Source: Rebecca billardiae RCC1528 (Eukaryota; Protista; Haptophyta). Taken from it: 64,000 nucleotides of DNA. The stretch is from the NCBI GenBank assembly GCA_965240325.2, contig OZ251241.1, positions 186,001 through 250,000 of the forward strand, in the 5' to 3' direction. Below the pieces are notes generated by a model. The model saw nothing but the letters and a program-made list of their open reading frames with translations. It made no database searches and was not told the DNA's origin. Shown here piece after piece: positions 1 to 9,645 of this stretch. Made by a program: the position numbers and the translations under genes. Position 1 is the first letter of the stretch. Every line of letters starts with the position of its first letter.

Positions 1-83
1 GCGCGCGGCGCGCGGCGCCATCACGCGTCACTGGATCGAGGCGGCGGTGCCGCGCGCGGCGGCTCGGCGCGCGCGCGCCGCAC

Positions 84-595
84 CCGTGGTGCTCCGTCAC
101 GCGCACCACCCTCACGCTCGTGTGCTCGGCGACGGTGTAGAAGTCGTACTCGTCGGGGCAGACGCACAACACCTCCTTCGTCAGCTCGCCCGCCGGCCCG
201 AGCGCCGTCTGGTCAATGTCGAACACGGTGAAGCCGAAGCCGCGGCCGCGCAGCGGTGCGCCGCGCGCATCGACCAGCCTCAGCTCGAGCTCGAGGGCGT
301 GGTCGTTGAGGAGGTTGATCTGGGCGAAGAAGGGGCTGTCCGACTTGCCGTTCTTGCGCTCGTCGTACGCGGCGTACACGCCGGGCGACGTGATGCGCAG
401 CGCGTACGGCTCCCCGTCCACGGCGCCGACGCCCGAGAAGAGCATCTCGCCCACGCCGTGAGAGCCGAGGTCGTTGCCGCGCGTGGGAGCGGGCGACGGG
501 ATGGTCGAGCGGTTGAAGTCGAGCGTGAGCGCCCACGGCACGCACTGCGCGGCCGCGCCCAGGGCGAGCAGCTGCTGCGCTGCGGCGGCGAGCAT
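84..595 (-). CDS. Secreted/surface protein of unknown function, first exon (gene continues off the left window edge)
   Basis: ATG at 595 gives MLAAAAQQLLALGAAAQCVPWALTLDFNRS...GNDLGSHGVGEMLFSGVGAVDG...FAQINLL...FGFTVFDID...YDFYTV. It has a signal-peptide-like start and strong GC3 codon bias, and ends at a G|GTGCGG donor at 83. Absent from the ORF track, apparently because the frame runs off the edge. Confidence 0.7.
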
Positions 596-1272
596 GCTCG
601 TCGACGCCGCCGGGGCCGGCCGGCCAGGCGTCGAGCTCTCGTGAGGCGTGAGCGACTCGACCTGCGCTCGATTTTGGGCGGCGTGAGCCGTGAACTGGAG
701 CAGCTGTGCACGGCGGCAGCGCACAGAGCTGCCACTGTTCAACTTGCGTGAGTGGGGCAGCCGCTACTGTACCGCTATTGTACAGTCCGCTACATTCTAC
801 ACAGTGACACATGATACAGTAACAGTATGGCGGGTGAGTGGCACTTAGCCATACTGCTGCCAGCGTGTCAGTACTAGTCAGGCCAGCTAGAGGTTCAATG
901 GGTGCAGCATCACTGAGCCGAGCGTGCGCGATAACACTTGCAACATCCTGGGTCCACGCAGGTGCGTCACGAACCCATTGATAAAACGGCTATGCACTCC
1001 TCTCAGCCGTGGACGAAGACGTTGCAATGTGCCAATGTCGCCCACTGGGCATCGGCCATCGCCCACCGTGTCGCTGGCCACTGCACGGTCCGCAAGCGTG
1101 CCGAGAGCGACTGCTCGGTGCCATCGGACTGCGACTGCTCCACCGCTATCGCCGAGTTCACTCCAGCGGCCAATCGGGGCGGTCCTCCCCACCACTCCAG
1201 CCGTGCGCGTGCTGCTGCTCGGTACGCGCGCCGTCATCTCGCGCTCAGCCAGCTGGACTGTGCCCATGCCCC

Positions 1273-1844
1273 TCACTGCGCAGGCTTGGGCTTGCGCCAC
1301 AGGCCCTTGATCGTCTCGATCAAGCCAGGGCCCTGGAGGTTGAGGCGGAGCAGGCCGAGTGTAGTGATCGTCGTCACGCCCAGCATGCCCACGCGCGCCG
1401 GGCCCACCGCCGCGCTGCCGAAGAACTTCTTTGCATAGTCGGAGATGACGCAGTTCATCCCGATGTGCGCGTGCACCGGGAACGCGACGCCCAGGAAGAG
1501 GTCGAGCGGGAGGGTGAGCGGCGACGGGCTGACGGCGAACGCGACCGGTGTCGCTCCGAGCAGCGCGAGGTTGACGTAGTGGTACAGCTTGAGGCTCGCG
1601 CTCGACTGGTCCGCGTTGACCAGCGAGGAGACGATAGTGCGCGGGCTGCTGACGCTGCCCGCACGCCGCGCAATAATGCCTGCAGCCAGCGGGGCGTGGT
1701 CCGCGCGTGCGTAGGCGGGGCGCATGACGGGGGACAGTCACGAGACGGCCGGCCAAGACACAGCTCGGCCAGAGCCCCACGTGCGCGCGGCGATGGCGGC
1801 AAGAAGGGGCGCGCACCACCAGCCCGCCGAAGCAACGCGACCAT
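1273..1844 (-). CDS. SDH4: Succinate dehydrogenase cytochrome b small subunit (SDH4/CybS, Tim18-like); 2 exons (1817-1844, 1273-1679)
   Basis: LYHYVNLALLG...LDLFLGVAFPVHAHIGMNCVISDY matches the CybS heme-His and quinone-binding DY motif. A GT-AG intron at 1680-1816 joins an Arg-rich mitochondrial-type leader (MVALLRRAGGIIARR) in frame, 145 codons in total. Confidence 0.85.
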
Positions 1845-2135
1845 CCTGCCAAGCAGCAGTCCACCGCCGCCGCTTTCAGCTTGCCGCGCCGAGCCGCCGC
1901 CGACGCCTGGCGCGTCCGGACTACCCCGGCCGGACGGGAGCGTCGAATCGTCGATTCGCAGTCCTTGAAGAATTTGGATGTGGATCATCCGTTTGCCACC
2001 GCCGTCTCAGACTCTAAAACGACATCAGAACGTAACCCGTCTCAGCCGGATGAACAAGCTCACCGCGTCAGTCGGCGTCGATCATCGGCACGGTGGGGCT
2101 CATCGCCGCCGCGGCGCGTGTGCGGACGCCATCGT

Positions 2136-2801
2136 CTACGCCACGAGCTGCCCCTCGCCATACCCGTCCGCGCTGAGCACGCACTCGTAGTCCTCTGACA
2201 AGAAGCGTGCGTCGAAGCGATCGTCGCTCAGTCGGCAAAAATCGCCATGGCCAAAGAGCGTGCGCGCCTCCGAGGCCACGTCGCACAGCACGTCGCGCGC
2301 TGGCCTGGGCAGCGCGAGCGCGAGGGTGCCCGCGGCGGCGAAGAGCGGCGCGTACGCGGTGCCGCGGCCGAGCGCCGCCCAGATGCGCAGCACAGCGTCG
2401 GACTTGATGTACGCGTCGTCGCGGCAGCTGAGCACAATGGCGGACGTGTCGTCCTCACGCCGTCCCGCGCGCTTGAGTAGAGCGCGCCCGGCGGGGCTGT
2501 GCATCGACGCGAGGCGGAAGGTGCCCTGCACGTCGTCTGGCCGATCCCAGTCGAGGATGAAATTCACCGCGCCGTTGCACAGGTTGCACGTGCCATCGAA
2601 CAGGATCACCGGCCTGTCGTCCGCCGCGAAGATCGTGTCGCCTGGCCGCGCGCTCGGGCGCGACGCGGCCATCAGGGCGTGTGCGGGCTGCTGCGCAGCG
2701 TGACGGGTCGACCTCGCCATGCGCGGCGAGCTGACATGGAAGGCTCCCGACGTGTGGCTCCACACGAACAGCACTGCGAGCGTGGCGCGCACGACGCCCA
2801 T
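2136..2801 (-). CDS. DCC-family thiol-disulfide oxidoreductase (DUF393/YuxK-like), probably plastid-targeted
   Basis: PVILFDGTCNLCNGAVNFI (DxxCxxC) and YIKSDAVLRI motifs. Hydrophobic signal followed by SGAF and a Ser/Arg/Ala-rich transit-like region. Confidence 0.85.
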   Translation of the reverse strand: MGVVRATLAVLFVWSHTSGAFHVSSPRMARSTRHAAQQPAHALMAASRPSARPGDTIFAADDRPVILFDGTCNLCNGAVNFILDWDRPDDVQGTFRLASMHSPAGRALLKRAGRREDDTSAIVLSCRDDAYIKSDAVLRIWAALGRGTAYAPLFAAAGTLALALPRPARDVLCDVASEARTLFGHGDFCRLSDDRFDARFLSEDYECVLSADGYGEGQLVA

Positions 2802-3292
2802 GATGCCTCTTCGTGTTGAGATGTGTCAAACGGTTTAGCTGCTTCGCGCGCAGTCGCGGGCAAGTTTCGTAATTACCAACCGCCTTTTGATGCACGCGTT
2901 GGGCGGGCGAGGAATTGACGAGTTGTCACTGGCTGCCGCTTTGATTCTGAGCTCATTAGCTCGAGAGGGCGAAGTCGTGTGGTCGAAACCGCGTGCGCTG
3001 AATTAGCGCTCATTGGCCTGTCCAGCCGATTATTGCCTTTTTCCCGGCTCAAGCGGTGAAGCCGCTTGCATCAGGTATTCTCAGCGTATCAAGTACGGGT
3101 TTAAGCCGGGGAATTAGGCAAATTCAGCGCATTCTGGTCGCCGATCGGCCTTCTGGTGAGCTAATAATTACGCGCGCAAAATTCGTCCAGATGGAAGAGC
3201 CTCAGCCGAATAAACCGGACACGTCGCTCCGGCTGCCCACGGACGTGGCGACGACGGCGCAGCGGCTTGCATCAAACACTCGAGAGACGACG

Positions 3293-4822
3293 ATGCCGTC
3301 GCATCTCGCGCGGCGCGTCGCCGCGCTCACGGCGTTGGCAGTGTGGGCGGGCTGGCGCGCGCCGGGTGCGGGCGCGTTCCACTCGGCGAGTGGCGTGCAC
3401 ATGTCCTCGACGCGGAGCTACCTCGACTCGCTCAACGCGCTCACCTCGGCGGGCAGCCCCGCGCACCGCAGGCTGCGCACGCTGCATGCGCCCACGGGCG
3501 CGCGCGAGAGCGGCACGCTGCCAGTGGGCCCGGCCGAGGCGGGCCACGCGCTGTACTACGAGGTGCACGGCTCGACCGACCCGCACGCGCCCACCGCGCT
3601 CTTCCTGCACGGCGGCCCCGGCGCCGGCTGCTACCCGCGGCACGCGACCTTCTTTCGTCCCGAGCAGTGGCGCGTGGTGCTCTTCGACCAGCGCGGCTGC
3701 GGGCGGTCGCGCCCGGCGGGCGGCGCGGAGGCGATGCTGCGGGAGAACACGATCGACCACCTCGTCGCCGACTGCGAGGCCCTCCGCGCGCACCTCGCCC
3801 TCCCCCACTGGGACGTGCTGCTCGGAGGCTCCTGGGGCGTCGCGCTCGCGCTCGCGTATGCGCAGGAGGTGCCGCACGCGTGCCGCGCGCTGCTGCTGCG
3901 CGGCGTGTGCACGATGCGCGCGTCGGAGGTGCTGTGGGTCTTCGGCGCCGCCGGCGGCGCGGCCGCCCTCGACCCGCGCGGCTGGCACGACTTCGCCCAC
4001 CAGCCCTTCGTCAGCGACGAGGACCGCGCGGACGGCGGCAGCGGCGGCGTGCTGCGCGCGTACCTGCGCGCGCTGTGCTCCGACGTCGAGCGCGACGCGA
4101 GCGCGGCCGCGGGCGCGTGGGTGCGCTGGGAGTCGCGCGTCTCGGCGCTCAGCCGCGCCGTCGGCCCGTCCGCGCCCGACGCGCCCCCCGCGGGCGCGTA
4201 CTCGCTGACGGAGTTTGTGCCGGGCTCCGGCTGGGTGGTGGACGGCGTGGCGGAGGCGGAGCTGATCGCACGGCGGGAGGAGCGGCTGGCGCGGGCGAGG
4301 GAGGAGGCCGAGCGGCGGCGGCGAGAGGCGGAGGCGGCGGCGGCGGAGGCGGCGGCGGCGGCGGAGGCGGAGGGCGCGCCGCCGCACGCCGACGCGCCGC
4401 CGCCGCCGCCGCCCCCCGCCTTCGCCGTCTCCGCGCAGCCGCTGCTGACTGCGTTCTACTCGGTGATGGCGCTCGACTGGTCGGAGCGGGGCGGGCTCGA
4501 GTGCGGCGAGGGCGAGCTGCGCGGGCCGCTGCTCGCGCCGGAGCGCGTGGACATCCTGCGCGCGGCGGGCGTGCGCTGCACGATGGTGCAGGGCGCGCGC
4601 GACCCCGTCTGCCCCCCCACCACCGCGCTCGAGCTGCACCGCCTCTGGCCCGAGGCCGAGCTGCGGCTGTGCCGGGACGCGGGCCACTCGATGTACGAGC
4701 CGCCCATCACCTCAGAGCTGGTGCGCGCGCTCGAGGAGCTGCACGAGAGCCTCGCGCGGGGGCAAGGGACGGAGGGGGAGGAGGTGGGGGCCGCGGCGGC
4801 GGCGGCGGCGGCATACTCATAG
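3293..4822 (+). CDS. pip: Proline iminopeptidase (peptidase S33), with signal/plastid-type leader
   Basis: LYYEVHG, ALFLHGGPGAG, FDQRGCGRS, GGSWG nucleophile, ARDPVCP (Asp) and AGHS (His). True ATG is probably 3293 (MPSHLARRVAALTALAVW...GAGAF). Intronless. Confidence 0.9.
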   Translation: MPSHLARRVAALTALAVWAGWRAPGAGAFHSASGVHMSSTRSYLDSLNALTSAGSPAHRRLRTLHAPTGARESGTLPVGPAEAGHALYYEVHGSTDPHAPTALFLHGGPGAGCYPRHATFFRPEQWRVVLFDQRGCGRSRPAGGAEAMLRENTIDHLVADCEALRAHLALPHWDVLLGGSWGVALALAYAQEVPHACRALLLRGVCTMRASEVLWVFGAAGGAAALDPRGWHDFAHQPFVSDEDRADGGSGGVLRAYLRALCSDVERDASAAAGAWVRWESRVSALSRAVGPSAPDAPPAGAYSLTEFVPGSGWVVDGVAEAELIARREERLARAREEAERRRREAEAAAAEAAAAAEAEGAPPHADAPPPPPPPAFAVSAQPLLTAFYSVMALDWSERGGLECGEGELRGPLLAPERVDILRAAGVRCTMVQGARDPVCPPTTALELHRLWPEAELRLCRDAGHSMYEPPITSELVRALEELHESLARGQGTEGEEVGAAAAAAAAYS

Positions 4823-4981
4823 CCTCACGGTGTGTCAGCATGATGCACGGCCAAGCATTGTCAGATGGGAATCGTGTCAGACTCAGACTTCAGAGTCACG
4901 TTAACGGGTCTAGCAGGCGCGCGGATATGCTGCTATATGTATATATGTATAGTGAATAATGATGACGCGATGACAATAATG

Positions 4982-4984
<3 letters not shown>

Positions 4985-5021
<37 letters not shown>
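4985..5021. repeat. (TA)n microsatellite in AT-rich intergenic island
   Basis: Long uninterrupted TA run downstream of pip. Confidence 0.95.
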
Positions 5022-5023
<2 letters not shown>

Positions 5024-5539
5024 AATTCCCCTTTACTAACGGGCTCCGTGCTGACGGGTGATCACTCAGACTGGCGGCCGAAGCCGCTCCAGCCCTACCC
5101 TGGCCAGACAGCCCCGCGGACCAACCACCACCCAGACCACCCTCACCCAACCTCAAACCACTGCTGATCATGACCGAGACAATGCATCATATTGCATCAT
5201 GATGCTGCTAATAAAGAATTATAACTGCATCGCCTACCTGCCGGGCTACTTTACGACTACTATCTCCCTCCTGCCAGATGGGAGTGTCCGTCTGACGGTG
5301 TCTGTGCGTCCGCCTGATGCGCAAGGGCCTGATGCTTCTCCACAGGGAACCCCCGCTGGTGGCAGCCAGCGGCGCGAGGGAGGTGGTGGCGCGCCTTCTA
5401 AAGCTCCCCTGCATCCCGCCCCGAGCGCGCAAGTCGGCTCCGCCGGCGCGCCCGCTCGCCGCGCAGGGCTCGGGTACTGGAGTGCAGGCTGCAAACGGCG
5501 AGCAGCAGCACTCTCAGAAGCGGAAGATTCGGAAGAGAA

Positions 5540-6703
5540 ATGCACGCGACCTGGCTGCTGCCGCTGGCGGCGCTGCTCGCGCGCACAGCAGGCGGCGTAG
5601 AAGAGCAATCGGCGGGCAAGGAAGCAGATGGACCGACGTACCGCCTCGTCAACGGCAGCATCGAGCTCATCTGGCAGCTGCCAGCCGTGCGGGCGGAGAC
5701 GCGTGGCATCGTGTTCGTCGTGCACCCTTCAGGCAACGGGGCGCGACGCTACTGGAAGAAGTCCGCGGCATGCCCGGCGTGCAACGGCCTTGCCGAAAAG
5801 GCATGCATCCCGCGGACCCTTCTCCGCGCAGGCTTTGGCACGTTCATCGTCTCCGCGCCCATGCGCACCTTTGTGAACGGCTTTGCTTGGACGCCTCGAG
5901 GCGGGTGGAGGCCGCAGGATCTGCCGACGCTCGAGTGGGCGTTGGCCTTTGCCACGACCGAGGTGGCGGCCGCGCGTGGCGCGCCCCTCTTCCTGCTCTC
6001 CGAATCGTCGGGCGCTCCGCTCGCCTTTGCGCTCCTCTCGCGCCCCGACCACCCGTTCCGCGCTCACCTGTGCCTCATCCCCGCGGCGGTGCCCAAGACG
6101 ATGCCCGCGCACGCGCCACCCACGCTCTTCCGGTACAACCTGCGCGACGAGAGGCGCGCGAGGAATGTGAGGAGGGCGGTGCGCGCGCTGCGCGCGACGG
6201 GCACGCCCGCCGCCGAGCTCAAGATCTCCCCGCACCGCGTGGGCCCCGGCTACTTTGCCTCCTGCCTCGGGCCGGAGCGCGTTTCACCGGCGCTCAGCGC
6301 ACGCATGTGGCGGGCGCTCAAGGAGGGCGGCCTCCTCGACCCAGACGACTACCTGGTGCAGTTCAGCCCGTTCCCAACTGACGCCCAGCACGCGAGCGGG
6401 CTGCTCTGGAAGCGCGTGCTCCGCCCGATCACCAGCCCGCCTCCGCTGTCGGACCCGCTCACCTTCCAAGACAGCGACGTGGAGAACTGCATGGTCCTCG
6501 CGTTCAGCTACCACGGTGGGCGATGCGATGCGGCCGCGGACGTGCTCGCGGACTTCCTCGAGCGCGCGCGCCTCTCGCCGCCGTCGTGGCCCAGGCGCTG
6601 GACGTCGGCGGAGAATCGAGAGAGCTACGAGGCAGCGCACGCCTCGCGCGGGCGCCGCTGGGTGGGCTTTGCCCAGGTGTATCCCGACGACGAGCACGCG
6701 TGA
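5540..6703 (+). CDS. Secreted uncharacterised alpha/beta-hydrolase-like protein
   Basis: Signal peptide MHATWLLPLAALLA. IELIWQLP...GIVFVVH...YW...CPACNGLAE and LFLLSESSGA (nucleophile-elbow-like) recall a plant/algal uncharacterised hydrolase-fold family. Late His in FSYHGG. Confidence 0.7.
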   Translation: MHATWLLPLAALLARTAGGVEEQSAGKEADGPTYRLVNGSIELIWQLPAVRAETRGIVFVVHPSGNGARRYWKKSAACPACNGLAEKACIPRTLLRAGFGTFIVSAPMRTFVNGFAWTPRGGWRPQDLPTLEWALAFATTEVAAARGAPLFLLSESSGAPLAFALLSRPDHPFRAHLCLIPAAVPKTMPAHAPPTLFRYNLRDERRARNVRRAVRALRATGTPAAELKISPHRVGPGYFASCLGPERVSPALSARMWRALKEGGLLDPDDYLVQFSPFPTDAQHASGLLWKRVLRPITSPPPLSDPLTFQDSDVENCMVLAFSYHGGRCDAAADVLADFLERARLSPPSWPRRWTSAENRESYEAAHASRGRRWVGFAQVYPDDEHA

Positions 6704-7105
6704 GCTCATGGTGCGGCGTGGCGCGTGCCGCCACTATTGGCACTAAGCTACTGATGGCTGGGAGCGACGGCTTGCCGAGCGAGCCCGCCGAGCGGGCCAC
6801 GTGCGCTGTTGAACGCCTTGTCGCCCGGCCTTCTAGGCGGTCGTGCGCGTAGTAAGCACAGCCGGCGCATCATCGGCACCGCGCCGATCACGGCAAATCG
6901 CGGCCGCCGCGCCGCGCGCGTGAGCGCCGTGAGCCCGAGCATTGATCAGTTGTGCAGCATCCGCCAGTCGGCCCAGTCGCGTCTCAGCCGCGGCGGCTGA
7001 GCAGCACGCTGGTCGCTGCACTACGCGGCCAGCGCAGCGCAGCAACTAGATAGATGAATAATTGATAATTGAACTATATTTATTATAATATATATATGAG
7101 CCGAC

Positions 7106-7381
7106 GTCAGTTGTATTGCCGCTTTGGATAGTGTGGTCAGTTGTATTGCCAAAAGCACGTTATGACTACCGTGGTCAGTTGTATTGCCGTTTTCAGTAGT
7201 ATGGGTCAAGAATATTGCCGCTTTTGGATATAGTGTGTCAACAATATTGCCCCTCAAATACTGGTTTCAACCCAATGACCCTTTCACACTACTTGGTTCA
7301 CGAATATTGCCGTTTTCGAGCTTGAACATAGTCTGCTCAGAAATATTGCCCTTTCCATAACTATGTGTCAGTTGTATTGCC
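7106..7381 (+). repeat. Left subterminal array: 8-9 copies of a 15-bp motif GTCAGTTGTATTGCC, period ~29-39 bp
   Basis: Copies start at 7106, 7136, 7174, 7205, 7237, (7266 degenerate), 7297, 7336 and 7367. Confidence 0.9.
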
Positions 7382-7779
7382 GCCAGCAGCTGGTGGCTGG
7401 GGCACGACTCGCACTCAGACAAGAGACTCGCGCAGCCCGTGTGCGCGTGCGTGCAGAGCTGCGACTGCCTGCGCGCGGCATGCAGGATACGCGACTGCAA
7501 CCAACCGACATGCCATCATCATGCGGCCTGCGTAGCTCATCTTGACTTCCAGTAGCAGTCGGCGCTTCCCGTCGCCGTCGCGCTTGCCGCCCGCCTGCGG
7601 CCGGCCGCCAGCGCCATCGGGACTGCTGCTACTTCAGCGGCCACGTGAGCCGCATCGCGTCCCACGCCACTGCACGCGCCGCCTCAAGCTGCGACCGCGC
7701 TCGCCAAGCCTGCCACTCGGGTTCCAGCAGCAGCAGGAAGCGTCGCCTGCCCCTCCTGCTTGCTGGCTCGTCGAGGCGC

Positions 7780-8450
7780 GCGCGGCGCACCGCTCGCCGG
7801 TCGGTGCGTTGTGTCCCAGCTGGCAGTACGCCTTGGACTTCCTCCTCCACGGGCCAATCAGCCTGCGTTGACGAGTGCGACTGGCGCACGGTCAGCCACC
7901 TGCACACGGTTGGCCACAGGGCAGTCTGCTATTGGAGTGATGACAATCGCAAAAAGGCACGCGCCAGCAGTGTTGCACGAGCGAGAGCGACGCGCGTTGG
8001 TTGATCGCCACGGTGTGAATGACAGTCGATGGCAGGGAGTGAGGGGGACGCGCGTCGCGTTGGTCAAGCTCATTGAGGCCGTTGAAGAGCACACGCCCGT
8101 CGTGCACGTTCGACTCCCGCGAATCGGGGCGCAGCAACACACGCTCACCCTGCTTCACGCATGCACCTGCATGCGCTGCCGTCGCAATGTCATCGACTGC
8201 GCGCTTGACGGTCCCGGAGTCGAAGTGAGCACGGAGCAACGCCGATTCGATAGAAGTCGCGACGGATTCTCGCCCGTCTCCGCGTAGACGGCGAGTAGCC
8301 CGAGGTGCACGCGCGTGTTGCACTGCGCGCGCATGCGGCAGCGTTGTGCAGATTCCGGTCCACGGTTCAGGTCGTCGTTCGGCTTGATGATGTCGAGGAA
8401 CACGGCGCTACCCCGGCAGAGATCGTCGTCGTTGAACGTCACTCTTCTGG
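7780..8450 (-). pseudogene. Degenerate coding remnant inside the MULE (possible transposase C-terminal fragment)
   Basis: Fragmented frames contain CDCHHSNSRLPC (SWIM-like CxC...LPC, ~7915-7950) and RKSKAYCQLGHNAPT (decayed CCHC knuckle GHNxxT, ~7800-7850). No DDE core is recognisable. Confidence 0.4.
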
Positions 8451-8539
8451 CCTGGGATCAGCTAGGCCTGCTCAAGGGCACGCCGCGCACGCCGGCGGCG
8501 CGTGGGCGCCAGCGCCATCATCAGCGCGTGGGCGATCGC

Positions 8540-8790
8540 GGCAACAAACCTGAATCAAAGATGCGCAAACGGCAACACAACTGACCCACACTACGCGACG
8601 GCAATACAGCTGGACAAAGTATTGGGCCATCATCCACGGCAATACACCTGACACAAGTATTCGACGTTGGCAACAAGATTGACACGTGATTCCCAAACAT
8701 GGAAAACGGCAATACAACTGACCACGGTAGTCAAAACGTGCGTTTGGCAATACACCTGACCACACTTTCCAAAACGGCAATACAGCTGAC
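8540..8790 (-). repeat. Right subterminal array: 8 inverted copies of the same 15-bp motif (GGCAATACA(A/C/G)CTGAC)
   Basis: Copies start at about 8540, 8571, 8600, 8638, 8669, 8708, 8746 and 8776. Confidence 0.9.
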
Positions 8791-9000
8791 ATTATCTCTA
8801 TAGATATATATAATAATATTATATCAATCGCGTTGACTTATGACTGACTGCGGAACGGACTGATCATCAGCAGACTCATCACTGCGCCCGCCGCCAGGCG
8901 CCAGCCCGCGCGCACGCCGCGATCGCTCGGGCTGAGCTGATGTCAAGTGAGCGTGAGACAATAGTCAGCATCGGATCGGATCGGATGATCCGAGACGATG

Positions 9001-9195
9001 ATCCACCCGTCCCAGCCCCCTACATCAAGGCCCCTGGTATTGAAAAATACCCGCACGGCTGCTATTCGTTGCCAGTCCATTTCATAGTCACTGAGCTCAG
9101 AACCTACTACCCTCGGTAGGTTTCTGACGGCCCGGCTGACGAGACCGAAGACGGGAGTGAGTCAAGGGCTTTCTCAGTTTCTGGGACGGGTGGAT
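9001..9195. mobile_element. Candidate 195-bp MITE with 15-bp perfect TIR
   Basis: ATCCACCCGTCCCAG (9001-9015) ... CTGGGACGGGTGGAT (9181-9195). Internal hairpin TCAGAACCTAC...GTAGGTTTCTGA. The right end abuts a TA-rich tract. TSD is not clean. Confidence 0.5.
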
Positions 9196-9645
9196 ATTAT
9201 AATTATATATATACATATATATATTATATAGCGCGCAGCAGACTTTGACTCTCGGATGACGTGAGTCACTCTCGCCGGCAGTGCTAGTGCTGATTGCCTG
9301 TGACGATGAGTATAGTAGCATAGCAGGATGATCAGTGCGGATGATGAAATCAGACGCGCGACGACGAGTGAGTAGTGACAGCCCGCCGATTCTGATTCAT
9401 CTGCTGACTGCTGCTCCGCACTGACACTGTCTAGCGCGACGGGCGTGTAGCGCCAGTTATTCATCGTCAGTGACGACGCGATCGTCGACGCGATGATATA
9501 TATATGAGCATGCTGAGCGGTGATGATATGCGGGTACGTGCAGCTAAGCTGCTATGATGAATGAGTATGATGATCGCGACCGGAGTGACGACGCGATGAC
9601 GCCACGCGACGACGCGGCGACAACTGGCAACGCCGCACTCTCTGC

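Larger units (their letters stand above)
7098..8798. mobile_element. Non-autonomous Mutator/Foldback-like (MULE) DNA transposon with long modular TIRs
   Basis: Ends are GAG... and ...CTC. The first ~95 bp are a near-perfect inverted repeat (GTCAGTTGTATTGCCGCTTTGGATAGTGTGGTCAG vs revcomp GTCAGCTGTATTGCCGTTTTGGAAAGTGTGGTCAG). Flanks TATATATAT (7089-7097) and TATAGATAT (8799-8807) form a 9-bp TSD with 1 mismatch. Confidence 0.85.

Noticed and set aside
2136-2801. Possible selenoprotein (redox CxxC family in a putative haptophyte)
   Set aside because: Both active-site residues are TGC Cys; no in-frame TGA or recognisable SECIS.
3056-3292. N-terminal ORF extensions from GTG/TTG starts (pip; likewise 12336-13394, 54748-55077, 61087-61725)
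   Set aside because: Eukaryotic context. Downstream ATGs give proper leaders, and the extensions lie in promoter-like or antisense sequence.
5020-5300. Possible Helitron start after the (TA)n run
   Set aside because: No 3' hairpin + CTRR end and no second copy found in the window.
7106-7381. CRISPR-like array of 15-bp repeats with variable spacers (also 8540-8790)
   Set aside because: Repeats are too short and degenerate, and the arrays are mirror images with spacers conserved between the two ends. They are bounded by a TSD, there are no cas genes and the context is eukaryotic, so these are transposon TIR subrepeats.
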